Source of the DNA: Oculina patagonica | Taxonomy: Eukaryota | Assembly (NCBI RefSeq): GCF_052425735.1 | Contig: NC_135764.1 | Span: forward strand, 10,664,001 to 10,728,000 | Direction of reading: 5' to 3' | DNA length: 64,000 nt | Part shown: piece after piece, positions 50,816-59,176 of the stretch | Layout of the letters: each line of letters opens with the position of its first letter | How positions within the stretch are numbered: the first letter of the stretch is position 1 | Notes under the pieces: generated by a model | What the model saw: the letters and a program-made list of their open reading frames with translations, nothing else | Databases searched by the model: none | What the model was told of the DNA's origin: nothing | Program-made: the position numbers and the translations under genes

Positions 50816-53800
50816 AAAATCCGCGCGAGGCCAATTGTAATTACGAGCACGATTAGTCTCTTTATTACACATTGTAGTCACTAGCTGTCTTCTCATTGGT
50901 TAAAGGGGCTACGTCACGAGGTTTTAGTATATTTTTTTTCCAAACTCTTCTGTAATTGGTGGGAGGCAATTTTACCCATGGAAATATTTTTCTTTGAATA
51001 TATAAAAGAAGATACAAAAGTATTTTTTTGTGAGGGATCAAATCACGCCGAAAATTTTTTTTTTTTTTAAGCCCCCCCCANNNNNNNNNNNNNNNNNNNN
51101 NNNNNNNNNNNNNNNNNNNNNNNNNNNNNNNNNNNNNNNNNNNNNNNNNNNNNNNNNNNNNNNNNNNNNNNNNNNNNNNNNNNNNNNNNNNNNNNNNNNN
51201 NNNNNNNNNNNNNNNNNNNNNNNNNNNNNNNNNNNNNNNNNNNNNNNNNNNACAAAACTTCCACTTTTTTTCCCCCCCACCAAATAATTAAATAAACTAA
51301 AATTTTTTTTTTTTCAAAAACCACCCCAAATATGAATTGTACTACACGAGGTCCAATTACTAATTAATGGTATGAATATCAAAATACGAGGTTAGGAAGT
51401 CTTTGAGAACCTTTTTTTGTGAGAAAAAGCGAAAGGTAGATTCAATTGCTTGTACAAAAAGTAGGGAAACAGCAAAACAAAAACATTCAAATGCGCGAGA
51501 TTGACGCGCGAATGGCGTAGGTGTCCAATTTCAAGTATCCAATTTGAAGTTGCTCTAATTGGATACCTGTAATTGGACACCCACGTGATCGCGCACCGAT
51601 TACGCGACAATAATTATTAGGCGCGCGCAGAACCAATCAAAATCGAGAATTTTGTTATAGATACGATTATAAATTATATACCTTTCTTAATTCTGTAATA
51701 AGCCAATTCAATTGCATAAGTGGTTTTGTGCAGGACTAATGCATTCTTTGTCGTGATCAATATACGAAAAGGTGGTGTCGCTTTTTCCTAGTGATACTGA
51801 GTCAGTTGTATAATATCTTCTAGTAATGGTTTGAAGTAAACTTTAGATGATTCCGGTTTAAATTTTACCTTCCATTTTTTTAGATTCTAAACCTGCGGAT
51901 AAAGATCAAGTAAACGTCATATTCCTACTGGATACTTCCACGGGCGTCACTCGTAGCGATTTTGGAAAACAAAAAGACTTCGTCAAGGCCATGACTCGGT
52001 CATTTCAACTCCCCCTTAGTGAATCAAAGATGGCTGCTGTTCCATACGGTGCTTTTACTGCGACATCAGGAAAATTGAATACGTACCAGTCCCTGAATGA
52101 ATTTGACAGGGATGTTGATGCAGTACAACTAATAAGTGGGCAAAGGAGGATGGATGAAGCCTTGAACGCTGCCAGCAATGTGCTTCGACAAGACAGGTCA
52201 CCGGTCCGTAATATTGTCATTCTGCTGACTGCCGGAAGACAAGCTCGGCTGTATCAAGGCCAACCTGTGAGGGATTCCAGCAAGGACGTCAGGGACGTCG
52301 GCGCCGAAATCTATGTCGTGACAATTGGCAGTGAACCGAGTCTTGACGAGCTTAGGCCCATTACTGCAAATCCAGAAGACATTTACCAAGTTGGCTCCTT
52401 CGATTATCTTCAGCGTGAAGCGCAGCCCATTGGACATGATATTATTAACAGTAAGTGGCACAGACGTTTTCAATGTGTTTTATTGATCCTTCCCTATTAA
52501 CTTAAATTCCCCCTTCAAAGTCTTTTTACAAGTGAACATGGGTATTTTACAGACGAATGGTCGTTTTTGTTGTTATTGTTTGTTTGTTTGGGTTGAGCAT
52601 TTTAAAATTCTCGTCTTCCGGAATTCCTGTTTTATGCAACAGCTGGCTAATTCCCCAATTTTGGGCTAACCATTAGTAATTGTTTTTTCTAGTTGTTGTT
52701 GTTATTGTTACCGGTTTTTAGTTGTACATCTTTATTATTTGGTGAAACTTGATTATTCACATTTATGTCTTATCAGATACCGGACGCCTGTCACTTACGC
52801 AACACAAGTAAAATGGCCCAGCTCACAACGAGTTCGTAGCTCAATTGGTTAGAGCAACCAACCTGTGTGTTTGAGGCCTTGGGTTACGATTTCCGTCGGG
52901 GACTCAGAATTTTTCTTTGTCCCAACAATTGTGTCAATATATACTTCATCTTCAATAGATAATCAATCTAAAATGGACAAGTAAAAAGAAATGCTGTACG
53001 GGAAAGACGGGAAACAAATCCTGGTTAAAGGGCGTTTAAAATATTTATTGTTACTATAAATGAGAAAAAAATTGTTGGTAACATCTGGCAAATGTTTATT
53101 TTTTATTCTATATTTTTGTCATTAGGTGGTGCATACAGACCGTTTGACGTAACTGCTGACATTGTCTTCATGGTAGACTCTTCGGGCTTAGTCGGGAACG
53201 AAAATTATCAAAAAGAGAAGGAGCTCGTTAAATCCTTAGCACGACTTGTTAATGTCACTTCTGAAAAATCAAGAGTAGCTGTCATTGCGTACAGCAGATC
53301 ACCCATCCTTGTTGTACGATTTGATGGTTACAATTCATTAGGCGAGTTTGACAAGAAAGTGGAAGAGATGCCCTTGCTTGGAGGTTCGTCGAGGCGCATG
53401 GATATTGCCTTGCAGACCGCTGCTCAAGTATTAAACACTGCTAGACAACATGTTCCAAAGATCGCAGTCTTGCTGACGGCAGGAAGGCAAATACCTGGTG
53501 GGATTTCACTCAGCACTGCCACCCAACAGCTTCGAAGTTTAAATGCTACTACCCTGGTGGTAGCTATAGGACAACAATACGATAAACAAGAACTGAGCAC
53601 TATTGTTACTGAGCAAGAAGACTTATTCGAAATACCTTCTTTCAATGCGCTAGCGTCACGTGCTAGGACGATTGGACAAGCAATAGAGGAGAAGTCAGGT
53701 AACGTATGTACATTAATCGTGCAAAAGACTAAGTTTTTGTAAAACCACGCCACAGTTTTAAAATACTTCTCAAAAGAGCATGATGCCGGCTGATCTTTTG

Positions 53801-56800
53801 GAAATCAACCGAATGTTTTATCCGTATGTTGGTTTTCAAACATAAAAGATTACTAGTGTGGTAAATGCTGGACATAAATTGGTGTCCAATTTTAAAACTA
53901 TTATCTAGCACAGACCAGGCCCACAAATTAGTGTAAAATCAGTCAAAGGCTAGTCAGTTAGAAAAGAGCTTCTTTATCTCAGCTTCCGATTTTTGACGGA
54001 TTTACAGGTTTAGTTATAGAAAAGTCCATTGATTTGAGTTTATTTGTTTCATTGCTTGAAGCTGGTAACGTAGTTGTTTATTTGTTTTTCTTCTGAAGCT
54101 CCAAAACCAGAGGACATAATAGCCGATGTTGTTTTCTTGGTTGACTCCTCCAGTAATGTGACATCACTCAACTTCCAGTTGGAAAAGAAGTTTGTGAAGG
54201 CCATGGCCAGGTCTTTAAACGTGTCTCCTGACAAGTCTAGAGCGTCTGTCATTTTGTACGGGTCCAAGCATAACGTCGTGCTGTCACTGGGAGAGGCTAC
54301 CGACTTGGATGGTTTCAACCGTGCTGTAGACAGTGCAAGTTATGTCGATGGACCGCGTAGAATGGACTTAGCTTTGGAGGCAGCAGCAGCCGTAATGAAC
54401 CAGGCAACGAGGAATGTTCCAAAGATTGTGATCCTTTTGACATCTGGGAAACAGTCGCCTACTAATACACCATTCCCATTGAGTAGTGCTGTGAAGCCGT
54501 TACGTGATCTCGGAGCTCAGACTTACGTCGTTGCTATCAGCGGTGAGCCAGATAAGCAAGAACTCGTTACTGTGGTGGATGACCGAAAGGACATATTTGA
54601 AGTGCCACAGTTTGAAGAATTATTGCCGCAAGCAACGCAGATCGCAAAATCAATTGCCGGAAGATCAGGTAAGGTTTCTGGTATTAACTCATTTTAAGAT
54701 ATTTCTTGATATTGCTCTTAGCATTTTACACCAGGTCCACAAACCTCGTCAAAAGTGTTTGCATGATCACCAAATTTCTCTCTCCCTCTCCTCCCTCCTC
54801 CCCGTGTCAATACTGAGCTCTCAAACATATTGCACAAAACAATCCCTATCCACGAGGGGTCCAACATTTTAAAGGGGAGGAGAACCTGCAAGAACGTTTG
54901 TATGCGACGTTGACCAAGTTTAAGTGTAAAGTATCTTTGTTCGCGTCGTTTAATGGTGTGCGATCTAGCTACTTTTTTCTACGCTTGAATGTTCTCAAGG
55001 CTCTTCGAATGTTCTTTCATCTAAAAGATGCAAAAATCAGAAGCGCTTAATTTCGCAGGATATACAAGATAACAACATACACTTCTTATTTAGTTCAAAC
55101 TTAAATAATTTTGCGGAAAATTATTAACCATTGATTGACGTCCTAAATGAATAATCTTTACTTGTTCAGTTGCACGCTCGCCGAAACTTCTTTTCCATCC
55201 CGCAGATCAACAGCCGCTAGACATAGACGCTGACATTGTGTTCCTGATAGACGCTTCTAGCTTCGTAACTCGGGACAACTTAATTAAAGAGAAGGACTTT
55301 GTCAAGTCCCTGGCCAAGTTCCTGAATATGGCGCCTGAAGCCTCAAGAGCTGCTCTGGTTCTCTTTGGCACCTTGCCTAATACGGAGATAAAATTCAATG
55401 ACTACCGTACTTTACGTGACTTTAATGACCGTGTTGACCTGGCCCGGGCACTTGGTGGTTTCCGGCGAATGGATCGTGCTTTAGACGAGGCCGCTAATGT
55501 ACTAGCTGACAAAAGGCGGGGCGTGCCACATATTGTTGTGCTTGTTACATCGGGAAAACAATCACGAAGTGAAGACGGCATTCCGCTTGATGACGCGCTC
55601 GATCCTTTAGAAAAACTAGGAGCTTATACTTTCGTTGTTGCTATTGGACATGATCCGGATACTTCGACACATGTGCTATCTGTACCCTCCTTTGATTGAC
55701 CTTCCATCTCGAGTTTACGGCATGGCAAAGCAAATCAAGAGCACTAGTGGTATGTACAGAGACATTTTGTTAGTAAATAACATGCAGTCGTGTTTGTGGC
55801 TGGATTCTTGTTTGTTTCGAAAACCGAACAGTTTAAGGAGTTCAGTTCAACTAACTCTGTGAGCTTTCTAAAGCTCCTTAAAAGGAACAGGCTATGTCCA
55901 GGAGCAAATACCAGTAAATATTACAATTTCAGTTCTTCTGTCAGTTATTACTTTTTTTGTAATTTTTATCTTTATTATTCGCCAGCAAACTTTTGTTTTG
56001 ACCTTTAAACCTTCCTCTACCATCTTTTTTTTCTACCTTTAAACCTTATTTGAATAATTTACCACAAGTAGATATAGATAAAAATCCTAATAACCATTTT
56101 TAAAAAGTTAGTAATGAAACTCTGTTTTCCAGGTTTGATAAGGTAAAGGTGGTGAAAAACGAGGACACAATGTTCCGAATACATTGATACGAACAAAAAT
56201 GTTTTCCCGTTTGCCTGCACTAGCAACATTTGTCGCGGACACAAAATTTGTCTCCTAGACACATCATCCGATTTCCGTCAGAAACACTTTGTGTCCACAA
56301 CAAATGTTTCCCCGTTTGCGCGGCATGGACACAAAACATTTGTTTTGTGTACCGCTCGTTTAATCACCCAAGAAACATCATGAGCAACAACGTATCGGCA
56401 ACAATGTGTTCTCTTTTGCCACCACCTTAAAGTGCGGCTTAAAAAACATTAATGATACTTTTCTCCACTACCCCGGCCTTAAAATGTCTTGATTTTTGTT
56501 TCACGTTTTTTGCTTTTTTTTGTGGAGGAAAGGGTCATTGGGTTTGTTGGTCGATTCTCGCTTGTCAGTGGGCACTTTCAAAGGTCAACATTTGTCACGT
56601 TAATTTGTCACCTTTAAAATAATCCCAATACTTACAACCACCCGGATTTGTCGGGTAAAGAATATTAACCAAAAACAAATCTTTTTCCGTGCATTCGTAT
56701 TAGCGGTTTTGTAAACGAGTACTTTTCTTTACTGGTACCATTTTTCTTACAATGTGAAAATGCTTCCACTTTTATCTATTTTTTCAGAGCCAAAACCAGC

Positions 56801-58308
56801 AAACATCACAGCTGACATTATATTCCTTATGGATTCTTCAACCTCTGTTGGACGAGAAGGCTTTGGCAAGGAAAAGAGTTTTGTGAAATCTTTGGCAAAG
56901 TATTTCAACGTCTCACCAGGGAAATCCAGAGCTGCTGTTGTCTCGTACAGCAGTTTTGCTCGCACTGTTCTTAAGTTCACTGACTACCAATCCGAAACCG
57001 ATTATAATGACAAGCTTGATAAGGAGCCATGGGTCGGAGGCAGCCGACGTATAGATCGTGCTCTTGAGGCGGCAGATACGTTACTGAGCCAAGCGCGTTC
57101 AAAGGTTCCGAAAATCGTTGTCCTAGTCACAGCCGGAAGACAAACGACCAGTGTTGGTGCTACCCCATTGGGAATAGCTGCCCAACCACTCAAAGATATT
57201 GGAGCTAAGACCATTGTTATAACGGTTGGAAGCGAAGCAGATCACAGAAATCTGCTTCCGGTGGTGGACAGTATGAACGACATATTTGGTGCACCTCTAT
57301 TTGATGACCTTCGCTATGAGGTGCAGCCAGTCGTTAAATACACTGTTGAACATTTTGGTGAGTTGAACGAAACATGATCACTGATATCAATAGCATTAGG
57401 TTTGTAATGCGGAGTTACAAGTATTTTGTCGTGATAGAGAGGAAGGGCACTGTACCGAACCTCGAAGAACACGATTACTGTCATTTTCACCCCGAGGAAT
57501 CAGCCGAACCACCTAAGCCAACACAGCGTTGGAAAAGCCTTTTTTTTTATAGTTTTCACACCTGTTAATGAGATTTGTTTTTATTCAAATGCAACCGGCA
57601 AAGAGTTATAACTACACCTTTGGTCGACGTTTTGTCATCTAAATTAACACAAAATCGTCAAAAAGGGTTACCATTTTTCAATGGTATGCGTAATATGATT
57701 TATTTCTTATGTTAATGTCTTCTGTTTTTCTGTTTAAGAATCGCCGATTCACAATATCACTTCAGAAGTGGTCTTCATTTTGGACGCTTCAACACCGGTT
57801 GGAAAACAAAACTTTGACAAAGAAAAGGCATTTGTCAAACTCTTGGCCAGGTCTCTAAACGTCTCTCCTGGAAACTCAAGAGCAGCTATTATAACATACA
57901 GCACGAACCCATTCACGGTCATACCGCTGGGCGGATACAGCACTGTTCAAGAATTTGAGCGAATCTTAGATGCCATAGAGGTCTATGGAGGCGATAGGAG
58001 AATGGATCGAGCGTTGAAAGAGGCGGTCGGTTTGTTTCAGAAAGCAAGACCTGGTGTTGATAGAAAGGTCATCCTGCTGACCGCTGGGAACCAGAACGTG
58101 GGCGACGATGAAGAACCTTTAGATAAAATAAAGAAAATGCTCCTTGATGTTGGTGCTCTGCCGTTCATCGTTGCCATAGGGGAAGACCATGACATTCCAA
58201 CACTCACAACAGCTGTTGAAGACCCGAAAGACATTTTTGAAGTTCCATCATTCGATGACTTGCTGTCTCAAGTTTCGTCAACAGCCGCAGTAGTTGCGAA
58301 CAGAACAA
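12877..58308 (+). CDS. Gene B (spliced, 3'-partial): giant secreted protein, signal peptide-WAP-(VWA)x28+, about 5,400 aa seen
   Basis: 32 exons joined by GT-AG introns with compatible phases; apparent frameshifts in the VWA22 and VWA26 exons; the last exon ends in a donor, so the gene continues. Confidence 0.82.
14451..14792. mobile_element. TTAA-flanked MITE, copy 2 (inverted relative to copy 1, internally deleted)
   Basis: Same TIRs and internal sequence as 9204-9660 in reverse; TTAA on both sides. Confidence 0.85.
14815..14928. mobile_element. Short hairpin-containing insertion with 14-bp TSD
   Basis: taaattatacggtg at 14801-14814 and 14929-14942; internal palindrome atgaagagttgatcttcgc...gcgaagatcatcttttcat. 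Confidence 0.72.
14960..15109 (+). CDS. Gene B exon: WAP domain, 9 Cys (not in ORF track)
   Basis: ccgacag| ... G|gtaaat, 150 nt; DGRCPAVQRRTDCPTYVWDECTCDTDCAGKKKCCLDGCRHACLDP. Confidence 0.9.
15179..15908. mobile_element. Foldback/MITE with ~240-bp inverted arms
   Basis: 15179-15416 is the reverse complement of ~15670-15908. Confidence 0.8.
16141..16400 (+). mobile_element. tRNA-derived SINE; related reverse copies at ~7215-7490 and ~30160-30375
   Basis: A-box-like gtggcctaatga and B-box-like gggtttgagccc, followed by shared body (ttggggcaagac...ctctca). Confidence 0.6.
16482..17054 (+). CDS. Gene B VWA1 (intact MIDAS)
   Basis: phase 1-1; DSSGS, NRTRID, LTDG. Confidence 0.92.
17824..18030. 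mobile_element. MITE
   Basis: tagactgtttacatcctctttattttt / aaaaatagagggctgagaaaagtctg. Confidence 0.5.
18477..19043 (+). CDS. Gene B VWA2
   Basis: ccacag| ... G|gtgagg; degenerate MIDAS. Confidence 0.9.
19486..19671. mobile_element. PIF/Harbinger-like MITE
   Basis: TIR gggcgctttccattag / ctaatagaaagcgccc; TAA on the left. Confidence 0.6.
19816..20382 (+). CDS. Gene B VWA3
   Basis: tgacag| ... G|gtaagc. Confidence 0.9.
20443..20757. mobile_element. MITE
   Basis: TIR cattctcgtcaccaga / tctggggacaagaatg with further internal symmetry. Confidence 0.6.
21420..21980 (+). CDS. Gene B VWA4
   Basis: cctcag| ... G|gtaagt. Confidence 0.9.
22359..23003 (+). CDS. Gene B T/P linker + VWA5
   Basis: tcatag| ... 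G|gttagt; STVPTTKPTPTTGITPSTG linker. Confidence 0.9.
23633..24202 (+). CDS. Gene B VWA6
   Basis: ttgcag| ... A|gtaagt. Confidence 0.9.
24365..26066 (-). mobile_element. Terminal-hairpin non-autonomous element (hairpin 25914-26066), interrupted by another
   Basis: Long palindrome; IR attatataaac (24366-24376) / gtttatataat (25901-25911); internal ttcggaaa tandem repeats. Confidence 0.72.
24442..25618 (-). mobile_element. Terminal-hairpin non-autonomous element (hairpin 25461-25616)
   Basis: Long palindrome; perfect 13-bp IR 24443-24455 / 25449-25461. Confidence 0.75.
26786..27361 (+). CDS. Gene B VWA7
   Basis: ttttag| ... G|gtaact. Confidence 0.9.
28012..28590 (+). CDS. Gene B VWA8
   Basis: cctaag| ... 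G|gtacca. Confidence 0.87.
29004..29258 (+). CDS. Gene B VWA9 N-half
   Basis: atttag| ... G|gtaaga (internal phase-1 intron). Confidence 0.88.
29653..29961 (+). CDS. Gene B VWA9 C-half
   Basis: atgtag| GSRRIDKAL ... G|gtgaga. Confidence 0.88.
30501..30533. repeat. (TGT)n microsatellite
   Basis: Direct reading. Confidence 0.95.
30591..30958 (+). CDS. Gene B VWA10 N-part
   Basis: tcctag| ... GAG|gtaaga (phase 0). Confidence 0.88.
31459..31669 (+). CDS. Gene B VWA10 C-part
   Basis: tcacag|GAA ... G|gtaaga. Confidence 0.88.
32422..32973 (+). CDS. Gene B VWA11
   Basis: ttttag| ... C|gtaagt. Confidence 0.9.
33329..33883 (+). CDS. Gene B VWA12
   Basis: ttttag| ... G|gtgaga. Confidence 0.9.
34113..34191. 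repeat. (CAGA)n microsatellite
   Basis: Direct reading. Confidence 0.95.
34486..35067 (+). CDS. Gene B VWA13
   Basis: ttccag| ... G|gtgcgt. Confidence 0.9.
35390..37250 (-). mobile_element. 5'-truncated L1/Tx1-type LINE (RT C-terminus + zinc knuckle, frameshifted) with 14-bp TSD
   Basis: Protein similar to the C-half of ORF2 at 59177; -1 frameshift near 35958; short A-tail; flanks gccccgcaacgtat (35376-35389) and gccccgcaaggtat (37251-37264). Confidence 0.9.
37746..38291 (+). CDS. Gene B VWA14
   Basis: ctgcag| ... G|gtaagt. Confidence 0.9.
39181..39798. repeat. ~210-bp inverted repeat (foldback DNA-transposon remnant)
   Basis: ttttaatttttttacccgtcacttagtcacaacggttaccatagc... and its reverse complement ending at 39798. 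Confidence 0.8.
39937..40515 (+). CDS. Gene B VWA15
   Basis: caatag| ... G|gtaagt. Confidence 0.9.
40881..41186 (+). mobile_element. Terminal-hairpin element Y (hairpin 40884-40994)
   Basis: Palindrome with GCGAAGC tip; IR 40996-41014 / 41167-41186. Confidence 0.75.
41187..41719 (+). mobile_element. Terminal-hairpin element X', complete copy (hairpin 41191-41374)
   Basis: Palindrome with GCGAAGC tip; IR 41377-41400 / 41696-41719. Confidence 0.8.
42695..43261 (+). CDS. Gene B VWA16 (alternative in-frame acceptor at 42707)
   Basis: tccaag| or taacag| ... G|gtttgt. Confidence 0.85.
43688..44251 (+). CDS. Gene B VWA17
   Basis: tcgcag| ... G|gtttgt. Confidence 0.9.
44669..45232 (+). CDS. Gene B VWA18
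   Basis: aatcag| ... A|gtaggt. Confidence 0.88.
45863..46432 (+). CDS. Gene B VWA19
   Basis: ttgcag| ... G|gtgaga. Confidence 0.9.
47371..47937 (+). CDS. Gene B VWA20
   Basis: ttgcag| ... G|gtacgt. Confidence 0.9.
48434..49012 (+). CDS. Gene B VWA21
   Basis: attcag| ... G|gtgagt. Confidence 0.9.
49062..49440. repeat. Degenerate ~137-bp inverted repeat with a hammerhead-like motif in each arm
   Basis: 49062-49198 is the reverse complement of 49304-49440; motifs CTGACGA-A-GGCT..AGCC-aAAA-CGTC (-) and CTcATGA-A-GGCT..AGCC-GAAA-CGTC (+). Confidence 0.75.
50005..50581 (+). CDS. Gene B VWA22, with +1 frameshift near 50490-50492
   Basis: 577 nt (3n+1); the domain continues in another frame (KKPEDVLKVSKFDDL...NKTG); splice sites intact. 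Confidence 0.75.
50759..51670 (+). mobile_element. Degenerate terminal-hairpin element, interrupted and spanning the gap
   Basis: tagtaattggacc...gtacaattca pairs with tgaattgtac...ggtccaattacta (51333-51362); distal ccaatcaaaatcg motif. Confidence 0.5.
51081..51251. other. Assembly gap (171 N) with homopolymer-rich, low-quality-looking flanks
   Basis: N run. Confidence 1.
51884..52450 (+). CDS. Gene B VWA23
   Basis: ttttag| DSKPADKDQVNVIFLLDTSTG ... A|gtaagt. Confidence 0.9.
52830..52955 (+). mobile_element. tRNA-derived SINE remnant
   Basis: tagctcaattggttagagc ... gggttacgatttcc; no complete cloverleaf. Confidence 0.55.
53126..53698 (+). CDS. Gene B VWA24
   Basis: cattag| ... G|gtaacg. 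Confidence 0.9.
54099..54668 (+). CDS. Gene B VWA25 (alternative in-frame acceptor at 54111)
   Basis: ctgaag| ... G|gtaagg. Confidence 0.85.
55206..55749 (+). CDS. Gene B VWA26, with a ~9-codon deletion and +1 frameshift/stop at 55697
   Basis: 544 nt (3n+1); PDTS-THVLSVPSFD* then DLPSRVYGMAKQIKSTSG in the next frame; splice sites intact. Confidence 0.7.
56147..56427. mobile_element. MITE (TAA-flanked, Harbinger-like)
   Basis: aggtggtgaaaaacgaggacacaatgt / acaatgtgttctcttttgccaccacct; TAA on both sides. Confidence 0.6.
56788..57357 (+). CDS. Gene B VWA27
   Basis: tttcag| ... G|gtgagt. Confidence 0.9.
57739..58308 (+). CDS. Gene B VWA28
   Basis: tttaag| ... A|gtaagt. Confidence 0.9.
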
Positions 58309-58875
58309 GTAAGTAAATATAACTTTTTTATTTTTCTCAGCGCACAAGCGAGCAAAAGGAACCAAATCCTACAATCTGATTGTTTCCGGGGCAGATGGAA
58401 TTTTAGGATAGACGAGTTGGTCATAATCTGAAAATTGTGTTACTTTGTTGTCGAATTATCTGAACAATAGTACCTACTACTCAAAGTACAAGGATTAAAA
58501 AGCAAACTTGAACCGAAATATTATAACTATAGAAAACCAGCTTTAATTTAGCTTGCAAAGTGGCTAAGTTTTGGTTTAATTTTACCCATGATACAATTTG
58601 GTATTTTCCTTTGTTTTTTATTTATTGTCATAAATTATATCACCATTCACCAGAACAAAGGAAATACCAAATTGTACGAAGGTTTAAATGAACCACAACA
58701 GCTACACATCACAGGCGCACGTAGCCACAATAAAATTTTCACAGTGTGGAATTTAAAGATTATCTCATTTTTTTGGAGTGTGTGCCGTTTGATATATTTG
58801 CGATTTTGCCTGTAACCTTCAAAATACCACAAAAGTAAACCTTTTGTTAAATTGCTGTAAAAGTCTGTTTGCGGG

Positions 58876-58917
<42 letters not shown>

Positions 58918-59176
58918 TAAAGCAGTTTATTGATTAACACTGACTTACAATACATTACAATACATAGCTTACTTACAATTACAATACACTACAATACATA
59001 GCTTACTTACAGAGAATAATTTACGTTACACAAAGGGCATGCAGAAACTAAATAAAAAAGAATATATTACAGAGAACAGGAAACCTGGGTGCCTACTTTT
59101 GTTGTTGTTATTATATCTATTATTTCTATATATGTTTATTTCTATATATACTTATTTCTATAGTTGTTGTTACGGA

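Noticed and set aside
52830-52905. Functional tRNA gene
   Set aside because: A/B-box-like motifs are present but the cloverleaf is incomplete and it runs into a SINE-like tail.
1137-58234. Many short minus-strand and alternate-frame ORFs overlapping VWA exons
   Set aside because: These are shadow ORFs with no domain motifs or splice support.
788-58308. Naming the genes collagen VI (COL6A3/COL6A6), matrilin or VWF
   Set aside because: No Gly-X-Y triple helix, EGF, VWD or coiled-coil region is visible; similarity would reflect VWA domains only.
58861-58877. cccgcaa shared between the flanks of the two LINEs as a target motif
   Set aside because: Only 7 nt and in opposite orientation relative to the two elements; likely chance.
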